Shown here: piece after piece, positions 40,357 through 49,469 of the stretch | Position numbering within the stretch: position 1 is the stretch's first letter | Layout of the letters: each line of letters starts with the position of its first letter | Assembly (NCBI GenBank): GCA_947501845.1 | Contig: CANMXP010000007.1 | Coordinates: 151,381 to 215,380 of the forward strand | DNA: 64,000 bases | Direction: 5' to 3' | Source of the DNA: an uncultured Flavobacteriaceae bacterium | Lineage (GTDB): Bacteria > Bacteroidota > Bacteroidia > Flavobacteriales > Flavobacteriaceae | The notes under the pieces: model-generated | The model's database searches: none | Seen by the model: only the letters and a program-made list of their open reading frames with translations | What the model was told of the DNA's origin: nothing | Program-made: the position numbers and the translations under genes

Positions 40357-40868
40357 TATTTTAATTTTCTAAATGTTAAACTCATTCTTCCGTTTTCAGT
40401 ATTTGATTTTGTTATAGCATGTTGCCACTCGTTTTGAATCTCATTAGCCATATAAATTAATGAACCAGAAACAAGATTAAAGTCAACAATTATCTCTCGA
40501 TTTTTAACATTTCTAAATCGAAGTGTTCTAGTCTCACCCACAGAAATAATCACTACACCTGTATCATTTTCTAGAATGTCTATTTGATCAGAATGAAATC
40601 CCATTGATGAGTTTCCATCTTCATAATAGTTTATCAAACAATTATTAGGTCTAAAACCAAGAGTACTATTAATGGATTCAATAATGTCTTTTAAGTCAGA
40701 TGTAAAAGGCTGAAAAGGATATTCCATTTGAGAATAATCATAAGCCCTTCCAAAACTAGCTGTTTTCCTTGCCGACATTCTTTCATCCCAAATAATATTA
40801 TTTTTTAATATTTCAAACAATGACTCATGATTATCTAAAAAGTTTTCTCTATAAATAATTCCTTCCAT
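40356..40868 (-). CDS. alkB: AlkB-family Fe(II)/2-oxoglutarate-dependent dioxygenase (nucleic-acid demethylase)
   Basis: 170 aa. HxD (MGFHSDQ), distal His (EWQHAI) and RxSxTFR (RMSLTFR) signature. Confidence 0.72.
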   Translation of the reverse strand: MEGIIYRENFLDNHESLFEILKNNIIWDERMSARKTASFGRAYDYSQMEYPFQPFTSDLKDIIESINSTLGFRPNNCLINYYEDGNSSMGFHSDQIDILENDTGVVIISVGETRTLRFRNVKNREIIVDFNLVSGSLIYMANEIQNEWQHAITKSNTENGRMSLTFRKLK

Positions 40869-40971
40869 AATTTTGTTAAATTTTATTCACTTGGTTTAAA
40901 AATTCCGCCAGATTTTAGGTTAAATAAAACCCAGCAGAATTAACTAACTAGGAACAGGGACCTATTCCTAA

Positions 40972-41466
40972 GTGAAGTACTTTACACCACCTTATCTGCA
41001 CAAGACGAACTTGCAAAGGCATAAGGTTTAGCTTTAAAGACAAACCCCATTCCTAATATATAGCCCATAGCATCCTTAAGCGCCACATTAGACTGAAACT
41101 TAGGGTCAGTATTAATATCTGCGTGTACCTCTAATTCAACATTATATTTGTCTAGTATATCACAGATAGTAATGCTACTTCAACAGACATTGTTACCTCT
41201 TTAAGCATTCGCTCTTTAATACCAATGTGTTTTGTGCCTTTATAATTTGTCATAAACATAAAACCACCTTTACCTTCTCGAAGTACTACAATGACAGTTG
41301 CATACTCTACGTGAGATTTATAGGCTTGAGAATCCGAACCCACACAAACCTTAAGACGATGTCCTGCTTTTTGCTCTCTTATAATGGCATTTTCTATGAT
41401 ATCTGTAATAGGCAGATCAAACACTTTACCACTAAAGTTTCTCCATTTTTGTTGTGCAATTTTCAT
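40972..41466 (-). pseudogene. DUF458/YkuK-family (RNase-H-like fold) gene interrupted by a single frameshift
   Basis: ORF 41152-41466 (…KVCVGSDSQ…VIVVLREGKGGFMF…VEVALLSVIY*) continues in another frame as CDILDKYNVELEVHADINTDPKFQSNVALKDAMGYILGMGFVFKAKPYAFASSSCADKVV* ending at 40972. Both halves match the YkuK pattern (GTDSQ…GKGG…HxDhxxD…KPxAFA). Confidence 0.5.
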
Positions 41467-41500
41467 GATTACTCATTTTTTTAGTTAAACATTTATATTG

Positions 41501-41573
41501 TGGAACAAACTGGACTCGAACCAGTATCTTCGGAGCTTCAATCCGACGCATAGACCTGTTTTGCTATTGTTCC
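41501..41573 (-). tRNA. tRNA-Phe (GAA)
   Basis: Manual fold of the reverse complement GGAACAATAGCAAAACAGGTCTATGCGTCGGATTGAAGCTCCGAAGATACTGGTTCGAGTCCAGTTTGTTCCA. Perfect 7-bp acceptor, anticodon loop UUGAAGC, T-loop TTCGAGT. CCA not encoded. Confidence 0.8.
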
Positions 41574-41578
41574 TTTTT

Positions 41579-41651
41579 GGGTGACTTTGGGATTCGAACC
41601 CTATTTTCCTCATTCACAGTGAGGTGTTTTACCACATAAACTAAAGCCACC
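41579..41651 (-). tRNA. tRNA-His (GUG)
   Basis: Anticodon arm CCUCA-CUGUGAA-UGAGG. Discriminator C. T-arm AGGGTTCGAATCCCA. Confidence 0.75.
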
Positions 41652-41659
41652 ATAGCCTG

Positions 41660-41730
41660 TTAATCCGATAGGACTCGAACCTATACCTCAGGAGTCAAAT
41701 TCCTGTATGCTGCCTTTACATCACGGATTA
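41660..41730 (-). tRNA. tRNA-Gln (UUG)
   Basis: Acceptor TAATCCG/CGGATTA. Anticodon arm CAGGA-AUUUGAC-UCCUG. T-arm ATAGGTTCGAGTCCTAT. Confidence 0.7.
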
Positions 41731-41735
41731 ATTTG

Positions 41736-41860
41736 TAGGTCTAATAGGATTTGAACCCATACCACAAGGGTCGAAATATTATATATTCACGAATTCCTAT
41801 TTAATGAAATGGTTATACAATGAGCTAAACCTTGTATGCTATCCGTTACACCATAGACCT
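41736..41860 (-). tRNA. Atypical ~125-nt tRNA-like gene: canonical acceptor (AGGTCTA/TAGACCT), D-arm and T-arm, UAG at the anticodon position, but a ~53-nt AT-rich insertion inside/after the anticodon loop (enclosed by helix CAAGG…CCTTG)
   Basis: Manual fold. Paralogous to 42420-42541, including the insertion. Confidence 0.45.
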
Positions 41861-41866
41861 ATTTTG

Positions 41867-41940
41867 TACTCCCCCTTGGATTCGAACCAAGACTTAACAG
41901 GGCTTAAACCTGATGCCTCTTCCATTTGGGCTAGTGGAGC
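41867..41940 (-). tRNA. 74-nt class-I (short variable arm) tRNA-like gene with anticodon UAA (Leu-type anticodon on a non-Leu-type body), discriminator A
   Basis: Anticodon arm (U)CAGG-UUUAAGC-CCUG(U). Acceptor GCTCCAC/GGGGAGT with one mismatch. Confidence 0.5.
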
Positions 41941-41945
41941 AATTG

Positions 41946-42019
41946 TACAGGGAAAGAGACTCGAACTCTCAAATTTCAGATTCTAAATCTGACGCCTATA
42001 CCTATTCGGCTACCCCTGC
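41946..42019 (-). tRNA. 74-nt class-I tRNA-like gene with anticodon UAG (Leu-type anticodon, short variable arm), discriminator A
   Basis: Anticodon arm UCAGA-UUUAGAA-UCUGA perfect. Acceptor GCAGGGG/TCCCTGT with two G·U. Confidence 0.5.
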
Positions 42020-42024
42020 ATGTG

Positions 42025-42098
42025 TTGAGATGTCAGAATTCGAACCTGAACCCTTCGCCTTATGAGAGCGATGCTCTACCAAATTAAGCTACATCTCA
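42025..42098 (-). tRNA. tRNA with CAU anticodon (elongator Met or lysidine-Ile2 type; U1-A72)
   Basis: TGAGATG-TAGCTTAATTTGGTAGAGCA-TCGCT-CTCATAA-GGCGA…CATCTCA-A. Confidence 0.75.
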
Positions 42099-42108
42099 CT
42101 ATGCCTTG

Positions 42109-42181
42109 TTGAGATATTAGGACTTGAACCTAAACCTATCATCGTATCAGGATGATGCTCTACCAATTAAGCTATATCTCA
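42109..42181 (-). tRNA. tRNA-Ile (GAU)
   Basis: TGAGATA…TCATC-CTGATAC-GATGA…TATCTCA-A. Confidence 0.78.
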
Positions 42182-42186
42182 ATATG

Positions 42187-42258
42187 TTGAGGCAATAGGA
42201 TTCGAACCTATGACTTTCACGATGTAAGCGTGACGCTCTTCCTCTGAGCTATACCTCA
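42187..42258 (-). tRNA. tRNA-Val (UAC)
   Basis: TGAGGTA…TCACG-CTTACAT-CGTGA…TGCCTCA-A. Confidence 0.75.
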
Positions 42259-42263
42259 ATTTG

Positions 42264-42335
42264 TACTCCGTAAGGGAATTGAACCCTTAATTCCACATAG
42301 AAAGTGTGGCGTCTTAGCCATTTGACCAACGGAGC
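42264..42335 (-). tRNA. tRNA-Glu (UUC)
   Basis: GCTCCGT…CCACA-CTTTCTA-TGTGG…ACGGAGT-A. Confidence 0.7.
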
Positions 42336-42340
42336 TATTG

Positions 42341-42412
42341 CGGTTCATACGAGAATCGAACTCGTATCTCCCGAGAGACAGTCGGGAAGGATAACCATTA
42401 CCCCAATGAACC
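42341..42412 (-). tRNA. tRNA-Asp (GUC), discriminator G
   Basis: GGTTCAT…CCCGA-CTGTCTC-TCGGG…ATGAACC-G. Confidence 0.75.
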
Positions 42413-42419
42413 AATTTTG

Positions 42420-42541
42420 TACATCTACTAAGATTCGAACTTAGACTTAGAGATTAGAAATGCTATGCATTCACAAACACCTTCATTTAAAATAAAATGA
42501 GTGAGCTAAATCTCTTGTGCTATCCCTTACACCATAGATGC
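42420..42541 (-). tRNA. Atypical ~122-nt tRNA-like gene, paralogue of 41736-41860: acceptor GCATCTA/TAGATGT, D-arm TGGTGTAAGGGATAGCA, loop start TTTAGCTCA (UAG), ~50-nt insertion closed by helix AGAGA…TCTCT, normal T-arm
   Basis: Manual fold. The insertions of the two paralogues align (…TTAAAT…GTGAAT…ATTTC…). Confidence 0.45.
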
Positions 42542-42547
42542 ATGTTG

Positions 42548-42630
42548 TGGAAGTGGTAGGACTCGAACCTACAAACTCATAAGAGACCAGATTTACAGTC
42601 TGGCGAGCCAACCAATTGCTCAACACTTCC
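42548..42630 (-). tRNA. tRNA-Tyr (GUA), class II with long variable arm
   Basis: GGAAGTG…CCAGA-CTGTAAA-TCTGG + 13-nt variable arm + GTAGGTTCGAGTCCTAC + CACTTCC-A. Confidence 0.78.
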
Positions 42631-42638
42631 TTTATTTG

Positions 42639-42711
42639 AGACAAGGATGAGATTCGAACTCATAAATAACGGATTTGCAATCAGACGCCTTAGCCATTCA
42701 GCCACCTTGTC
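42639..42711 (-). tRNA. tRNA-Cys (GCA)-like, discriminator U. The anticodon stem has two mismatches relative to a canonical Cys tRNA (UCUGA…UCCGU), so possibly a weakened/pseudo tRNA
   Basis: GACAAGG…TCTGA-TTGCAAA-TCCGT…CCTTGTC-T. Confidence 0.5.
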
Positions 42712-42715
42712 TTAG

Positions 42716-42787
42716 CTATATTGGAAGGATTCGAACCTACAACTTCAGACTTAACAGGTCTTTGCTCTACCTTTGAGCTACAATATC
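42716..42787 (-). tRNA. tRNA-Asn (GUU), discriminator G
   Basis: Anticodon loop CUGUUAA. T-arm GTAGGTTCGAATCCTTC. One G1·A72 mismatch in the acceptor. Confidence 0.65.
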
Positions 42788-42792
42788 ATTTG

Positions 42793-42880
42793 CGGAGAGT
42801 AGAGGAATCGAACCTCCACCGCCTCTGGTGCGGCCTTGTTTAGCAGACAAGTGCAACAAACCAATATTTGCCTACTCTCC
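42793..42880 (-). tRNA. tRNA-Ser (GCU), class II, discriminator G
   Basis: GGAGAGT…CTTGT-CTGCTAA-ACAAG + 16-nt variable stem-loop + GGAGGTTCGATTCCTCT + ACTCTCC-G. Confidence 0.78.
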
Positions 42881-42894
42881 ATTAATTACTTTCG

Positions 42895-42967
42895 TCTGAG
42901 AGACAGGATTCGAACCTGCAACCTCTCGCTTCCAAAGCGAGTAAACCAACCATCGTTATCCTCTCAG
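42895..42967 (-). tRNA. tRNA-Pro (UGG), C1-G72, discriminator A, G at position 8
   Basis: CTGAGAG…CTCGC-TTTGGAA-GCGAG…CTCTCAG-A. Confidence 0.65.
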
Positions 42968-42972
42968 TTTTG

Positions 42973-43115
42973 CGGAAGGAGTGGGAGTCGAACCCACACG
43001 AGTCATTAACTCCGAACACTTTTAACTCAAAGATTTCTATTCTGATAAACAGGATTCGTTGAATTCGTAAACACATTTCAAGAGTGTGGCCACCACTAAT
43101 TTGGCTTGTCCTTCC
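42973..43115 (-). tRNA. Atypical ~143-nt tRNA-like gene: acceptor GGAAGGA/TCCTTCC, discriminator G, apparent anticodon arm ACACU-CUUGAAA-UGUGU (UGA, Ser-type), T-arm GTGGGTTCGACTCCCAC, but ~75 nt between the anticodon stem and the T-stem (Ser variable arm plus ~55-nt AT-rich insertion)
   Basis: Manual fold of the reverse complement. Confidence 0.4.
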
Positions 43116-43121
43116 GTTTTG

Positions 43122-43194
43122 TTGACGCGGTGGGTCTCGAACCCACGACCTCGGCGTTAAAAGCACCTTGCTCTGCCAACTGAGCTACGCGTCA
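43122..43194 (-). tRNA. tRNA-Lys (UUU), discriminator A
   Basis: TGACGCG-TAGCTCAGTTGGCAGAGCA-AGGTG-CTTTTAA-CGCCG…GTGGGTTCGAGACCCAC-CGCGTCA-A. Confidence 0.75.
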
Positions 43195-43218
43195 CTATGT
43201 TATTTCAATGAACATCAT

Positions 43219-43256
43219 AAAAAAAGCGCCTCGTTTTATGGAAGGCGCTTTTTTTA
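43219..43256. terminator. A-tract / GC hairpin / T-tract (aaaaaaagcgcct-cgttttatgga-aggcgcttttttt). Bidirectional terminator-like structure at the 5' side of the tRNA array
   Basis: Read directly. Confidence 0.55.
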
Positions 43257-43379
43257 TATTTATGAATACGTATCTATGTATCCATAACCTTCCTAGTATA
43301 TATTGTAAATCTTTCATCATTCCCTGCCGCGACCATCTGTTTCGGCGAGCCTATGCAGAGACTTATTTGAATAGTATGT

Positions 43380-43670
43380 TCTAAATAGTTTGTCATTTGT
43401 TTTTTAATTATTTCGACGGTGCAAATATGAAATGTATTTTTGAATTACACAAGAAAAATATCAATTTAATTTACTGACAATCAATTAGTTATGTTAGGTT
43501 TAGAAAATAGAGTCCCTGTCCGTTTTTTACGGATAATCGTTAATTTTCACAATAGTCAGTCTCCCTGTTGTTTATCAATTATTTGCTATTTTTTATACTT
43601 GCTTAACTTTTCATTTTATTTTTAAAAAAATTCATAAAAAAAGCGTCCAATTTTCATTGGACGCTCGATA
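43380..43670. repeat. Copy A of a ~270-bp intergenic module also present at 47470-47725. Ends in the hairpin aaaaaaagcgtccaat-tttc-attggacgct
   Basis: Aligned blocks, e.g. aattacacaagaaaaatatcaatttaatttactgacaatcaattagtta vs aattacgcaagaaaaaaaataatttaatttactaaaaatcaaatagtta. Confidence 0.55.
43634..43665 (-). terminator. 10-bp stem hairpin followed (on the minus strand) by a U-tract. Intrinsic terminator downstream of the HEPN-like gene and upstream of the tRNA array
   Basis: agcgtccaat/attggacgct with tttc loop. A8 tract on the plus strand. Confidence 0.6.
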
Positions 43671-43853
43671 TTCTAAGTTTTAACTGTGTTTAATTCACAA
43701 TTTATGTTTTAAATTTAGATACAAAACGTCCGTTTAGATGATTCAGTAAAACTTCTGACCCTCTATAATCACATTCACTAAAGCGTGATTTCGGTTGAAT
43801 ATGTATCTGTTTTGTTATCATTTTTTGTTATTACGAAGCAAATATAACTTTTA

Positions 43854-44492
43854 TTATTTTTCAGTTGGTTTATAATCATCGGGATATGGAAATGAGTCTG
43901 TCAAGCTTCTCATTATAATTAAAAAATTTTTTAGTTCGACAAAAAACTCATCGAAGTCTCCAATATCTCTATTTTTATATGCGTGTATTGCATTTCGCCT
44001 TTGTTGAATTTTTAAAATCCAATCAATTATATCCAACCTTCCTTCTTCTTTCCAAATTTCTCTTATTTTTTTTGGATAAATTTCTTTAGCAAAAAATACT
44101 CTTAACTTTTCTAATATTAATATATCTGGTTCAATTAATCCCCCGTGTTTATCTCTGTATCCTCTTAATGTCGATTTTAAGGCACTTTCTTCATAACTAC
44201 TGTGCCATACAGAAAGGAATAATTTTAACACTCCTTCGGTCAAACTACCCAAAGTTGTCCACGCAAGTATTAAACCACCATCCTCCTTTTTTATGTCGTC
44301 AGTATTAAAAACACGCAGAACTCTAGCTAATGACGCTTGCCAATCTAATCTTGATTTAGCCATTAAGTCAGCTACTTTTATGGGTGCCCATCCATTAGAA
44401 CTACTCCAAAAATCAGCAAGTCCTTCTGTCAATTTTATTATTCTTTCTATAACCTCTTCATTAGAATAAGCTAAAGGTTCATTCTCCTCCAT
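43854..44492 (-). CDS. Hypothetical protein with a C-terminal HEPN-like Rx4H motif (…QQRRNAIHAY…). Candidate HEPN RNase/RNA-binding domain
   Basis: 212 aa. Motif seen by eye. No other recognisable domain. Confidence 0.35.
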   Translation of the reverse strand: MEENEPLAYSNEEVIERIIKLTEGLADFWSSSNGWAPIKVADLMAKSRLDWQASLARVLRVFNTDDIKKEDGGLILAWTTLGSLTEGVLKLFLSVWHSSYEESALKSTLRGYRDKHGGLIEPDILILEKLRVFFAKEIYPKKIREIWKEEGRLDIIDWILKIQQRRNAIHAYKNRDIGDFDEFFVELKNFLIIMRSLTDSFPYPDDYKPTEK

Positions 44493-44510
44493 AATGTTTA
44501 TTTAAATTAA

Positions 44511-44565
44511 TTACTCTGCAAATATTTTACACTATTGCGCAATATTTTTGCGTAGTAAAAATCAT
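44511..44565. promoter_or_regulatory. Copy of the shared ~55-bp cis-element (ctctgcaaatatttt-N5-attgcgcaat-atttttgcgtagt-aaaa) directly upstream of the HEPN-like gene
   Basis: ~90% identical to 40301-40356. Confidence 0.5.
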
Positions 44566-45101
44566 TTCCTTTTCTTCTTTGATTTTTTAGATGATTTCTT
44601 CTTTTTATCCAATTTCATCTTCTTTTCTATACGCCTTTGTTCATCTACCATAAAATCATAATAATGATCATTATAGCAGTGCCTTTTTGCTTCTTTTAAG
44701 TATTTTAAGCAGGTTTTGTATTTTCCTTGCGTTTCCTCTATATAAGAAGACAACCAATTTATTTCGGCTTTACTTATCGTTTCTATAGTTTGTGAAAAGT
44801 CTACTAGTTTTTTTGCTCTATCTATCTTGTTATTCCAAATTAGGTATTTGATGTACATTGGATAAACATCTTCGTAACTGGTATCTATAGCAATAACTTT
44901 ATCAAAACATTCAAATGCTTTCTCTGGCATCGATAAATATTTTGCATAGATTTCTCCTAATAAGCAAAGTGACGCACAGTGGTTTTCATCGTACGAAAGT
45001 GCATAGTTTAAAGATTCACAAACTTCTTCCCAGTCACTACAAAAACCACTTGTTGCAGCTTTTGCTTTTAAATAATAACTGTCTGCTAATGTTAATCCCA
45101 T
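44562..45101 (-). CDS. TPR-like helical-repeat protein with lysine-rich C-terminal tail
   Basis: 179 aa. Tail [17 protein letters not shown]. Overlaps prfH by 10 nt (operon). Confidence 0.35.
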   Translation of the reverse strand: MGLTLADSYYLKAKAATSGFCSDWEEVCESLNYALSYDENHCASLCLLGEIYAKYLSMPEKAFECFDKVIAIDTSYEDVYPMYIKYLIWNNKIDRAKKLVDFSQTIETISKAEINWLSSYIEETQGKYKTCLKYLKEAKRHCYNDHYYDFMVDEQRRIEKKMKLDKKKKSSKKSKKKRK

Positions 45102-45787
45102 TTTTGTTGTCTTAAATTATTCTTTAATTCTTGTCGTTTAGACTTGTAATTTTTATTTATTTTTTGTGTTTTAAAATCAGTTCCAATAAAAACACGTACT
45201 GGATTCCCTCTTTCTAAATTGAGGTGGTTTCCCCATTGGTTCTGAACTGATTTTTTTAATTGCTCATTATTATATTCAGCTACTTTTTCTTGTAACCGTT
45301 TTATAGCTATCTTTTTATTTTGGTGCTGAGACCTGCTGTCCATTACCAAAACCTGTATGCCTGTTTTTGTATGTGTTGCTCTAATGGCTGAGCTTACTTT
45401 ATTAACATGTTGTCCTCCTGGCCCTGAACTTCTAATAGCTTGAAATTTTATATCGCTATCTATTAAAAGAGTCCCTTTCTCAGCTTCAATTTCATAAATA
45501 CCAACAAACCAATTTTTTCGCTTACGAAATTTTCTGAAAGATGATTTTCCTATCCATTGTACTGTCCCCAACCAATTGCTTAAAAAAGACTCCAACGCTT
45601 TTCCTTGTAATTGAATAGTTGCAGATTGTAACGTTCCGTTTTCTGTACCAGATTCTCTTTGTAATAGCGTATATTCTATTTTCGCTTTTTTTATCTCTTC
45701 AATGAAATACTTTAAAACTTGAGCTACAACCCAGCAACATTCAATAGGTCCTCTTCCTGATGTTATTTGTATTGTTTTTGTTTTCAT
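45092..45787 (-). CDS. prfH: PrfH (peptide-chain-release-factor homologue H), the partner of RtcB2 in ribosome/rRNA-repair modules
   Basis: 231 aa. GGQ motif [15 protein letters not shown]. Short RF-like architecture lacking a codon-recognition domain. Start overlaps the rtcB stop. Confidence 0.8.
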   Translation of the reverse strand: MKTKTIQITSGRGPIECCWVVAQVLKYFIEEIKKAKIEYTLLQRESGTENGTLQSATIQLQGKALESFLSNWLGTVQWIGKSSFRKFRKRKNWFVGIYEIEAEKGTLLIDSDIKFQAIRSSGPGGQHVNKVSSAIRATHTKTGIQVLVMDSRSQHQNKKIAIKRLQEKVAEYNNEQLKKSVQNQWGNHLNLERGNPVRVFIGTDFKTQKINKNYKSKRQELKNNLRQQKWD

Positions 45788-47178
45788 TATTTATCCATTC
45801 TAACAATTTTTGGTGTAAATGTTCCTAACACTTCTACCAATTCTTGTTGATTATTCATTACTTTTTTAATGTTCTTATAAGCCATTGGTGCTTCATCTAC
45901 GCCACCACCAATAAGCGTAACATCATGCATTTTTAATTGCTGCTTTATATCACTTTTTGTGAATTTCTCTTTGCACTTTCTTCGTGAATGCAAACGTCCT
46001 GCTCCATGAGATGCCGAGTTTAAGCTTTCACTATTACCCAAGCCTTGTACTATATATCCAGGAGCAGTCATCGATCCTGGGATAATACCCAACTCGCCTT
46101 TATTGGCTGGTGTTGCTCCTTTACGATGTACAATACATTCTTTATCGTTTACCATTTCTTTCCAAGCAAAATTGTGGTGATTTTCAATCTTAACTACAGC
46201 TTTAGAACCCAGTAACTTTCCTATGCGATAATGAATGTCGTCATGACATGCCTTAGCGTAATCACCAGCTAGATTCATAGCTAGCCAATATTCTTGACCA
46301 TCATGCGTATTTAAATCCAGCCATGCTAAATGCTGAACATTTTTAGGTAATGGGCATTGTTTACTAGCTAAATAGGTATAATGTTTTGCAATGTTAGCTC
46401 CTAATCCTCTTGAGCCACTATGTGACAATACACCTATGTAATCACCAGCTTTAAGCTGCCATTGATTATCCTCATCCGTTATAGAAACCACTCCAAACTC
46501 CACAAAATGATTGCCTCCTCCCGATGTTCCCAATTGCTTAAATGCTTTTATCTTTAACCGTTTTAGTAAAGGAATATCGTCAAACTCAGCTCTTGCAAAA
46601 ATCTCATGGTCGTGTTTTTTATCATGTGTTTCATACATCCCAAATTTGGTGTGATTTGATAAAATATTCTCCAACTGATGTTGCTTCCCCTTTAAATAAG
46701 AAGCTTTCATTGGGTAAATGGTTAAACACATTCTACACCCAATATCTACCCCAACACCATAAGGAATTACTGCATTATCAGTTGCTAAAACAGCGCCTAT
46801 TGGCAACCCATAACCTGAATGTGCATCTGGCATTAAAGCTCCTGATACAGCTATTGGTAATTTTAAGGCATCGTATAATTGGTACTTTGCTTGTTCATCA
46901 ATCTCGTTTTCACCATAAATATTAAAAGGCACTCTTGTATTTTTAAGTTGATGAAATTTAACCTCAACTGGCTTTACCAAACCTTCAACTACTTTTCCCC
47001 AAATGGCATTACCTTGAAATTTTTCTGGGTTTTGTAATACGGCTTTCGCTTCTTCCAAAATGCGTTCTTTTTTTTCTCTTTTTCGGTATCTGTTTATTTG
47101 CCCTAAAGCAATATTGATACTATTATTTTTTGGGAACCCCAATTTTATTAGGTCTTTCCCTTTTAGTTTATTTCCCAT
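45787..47178 (-). CDS. rtcB: RtcB-family RNA 3'-phosphate/5'-OH ligase (RtcB2-type, paired with PrfH)
   Basis: 463 aa. [33 protein letters not shown] catalytic motifs. Confidence 0.85.
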   Translation of the reverse strand: MGNKLKGKDLIKLGFPKNNSINIALGQINRYRKREKKERILEEAKAVLQNPEKFQGNAIWGKVVEGLVKPVEVKFHQLKNTRVPFNIYGENEIDEQAKYQLYDALKLPIAVSGALMPDAHSGYGLPIGAVLATDNAVIPYGVGVDIGCRMCLTIYPMKASYLKGKQHQLENILSNHTKFGMYETHDKKHDHEIFARAEFDDIPLLKRLKIKAFKQLGTSGGGNHFVEFGVVSITDEDNQWQLKAGDYIGVLSHSGSRGLGANIAKHYTYLASKQCPLPKNVQHLAWLDLNTHDGQEYWLAMNLAGDYAKACHDDIHYRIGKLLGSKAVVKIENHHNFAWKEMVNDKECIVHRKGATPANKGELGIIPGSMTAPGYIVQGLGNSESLNSASHGAGRLHSRRKCKEKFTKSDIKQQLKMHDVTLIGGGVDEAPMAYKNIKKVMNNQQELVEVLGTFTPKIVRMDK

Positions 47179-47469
47179 GATATAATGAGATGTTAGATGT
47201 TAGAGGAAAGACATAAGACGTTCCTCATAAAATATGTTTTGTATGGTATTTCGGAAAGTGTTGCCTTAAAAATTAAGGCATAAAAAAAGTCCAAAACGTT
47301 TTGGCTTCGGACTCTTTTAATATGATAGATGAAATTCTATGTAATAGGAAAGTAGTCTCGAAGCGTATGCACAATAGAACCTGGTTCTTTTTGTGTATTT
47401 TTATTTAATTGATACTTGAACATGTACTTCGTTTTTAGTTGAAAAGACCTTTCGACTGCGCTCAAGGTG

Positions 47470-47725
47470 ACAATTCAAAATTAATAATTTGTTTTGCTTT
47501 ATTGCGATGCAAAGATGATATGCATTTTTTAATTACGCAAGAAAAAAAATAATTTAATTTACTAAAAATCAAATAGTTAACTTGATTTTAAACAATAGAA
47601 TTTCTGTCCGCATTATGCAGATATTGCAATTAATTGATAAACGGATATTTAGCTTTAAACTCACATGTTGCCAAATCGGAAAAAAATTATAAAAAAAAGC
47701 GTCCAATTTCTTGGACGCCTTTTAG
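47470..47725. repeat. Copy B of the ~270-bp intergenic module (see 43380-43670). Ends in the hairpin aaaaaaaagcgtccaa-tttc-ttggacgc
   Basis: Alignment with copy A. Confidence 0.55.
47691..47722 (-). terminator. Hairpin + U-tract terminator (minus strand) downstream of the second RtcB gene
   Basis: gcgtccaa/ttggacgc stem, A8 tract on plus. Confidence 0.6.
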
Positions 47726-47888
47726 ATTTTATACCTTTTTAAAGTTTTCACCTATTTCATGTGTAGTAGAAATAGCTTTTCAGCATCCTTTTTATGTTTA
47801 ATTAATATATCACTCATAGGTTTAAACTTTTATTTAATTTGTAATTGTTGAGTGCAAATATGCATAAAATTTAGCAAACTTTCCAAAA

Positions 47889-49274
<1,386 letters not shown>

Positions 49275-49357
49275 TTATTTTTCTTTAAGCTCCGTTAGCT
49301 TCCTCGTCTAACGGAGCTCTACTTTAAAGTCTATCTAAAGACTTATTCATGATTCCG

Positions 49358-49415
49358 AGACAAATATTTTAAGTAACTGCGCAATTATTTTGCACAGTTA
49401 ATTAATTTTTACAAT
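49358..49415. promoter_or_regulatory. Third copy of the shared cis-element (caaatatttt-aagta-actgcgcaat-tattttgcacagtt-aattaa), ~90 bp upstream of the divergent rtcB
   Basis: Alignment with 40301-40356 and 44511-44565. Confidence 0.45.
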
Positions 49416-49469
49416 CTTGATCCTTCTATATACATTCATACTCGTAAAATTTATTAAAACCTTTAAATA

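Noticed and set aside
40301-40375. Reading the shared cis-element as a plus-strand Bacteroidetes sigma-A promoter (TTTG / TAnnTTTG)
   Set aside because: A TAnnTTTG-like box (tatttttg at 44545-44552) exists only in plus orientation in one copy, whereas all neighbouring genes are on the minus strand. More likely an operator/regulatory element than the -7 box itself
41227-41484. Plus ORF 41227-41484 and ORFs 41804-41986(+), 42882-43166(-) in the tRNA region
   Set aside because: The first is antisense to the DUF458 gene. The other two are accidental frames running across consecutive tRNA genes
44915-45115. Plus ORFs 44915-45115, 46542-46925, 48439-48654, 48940-49146 and others antisense to prfH/rtcB genes
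   Set aside because: Antisense to well-supported RtcB/PrfH coding sequences
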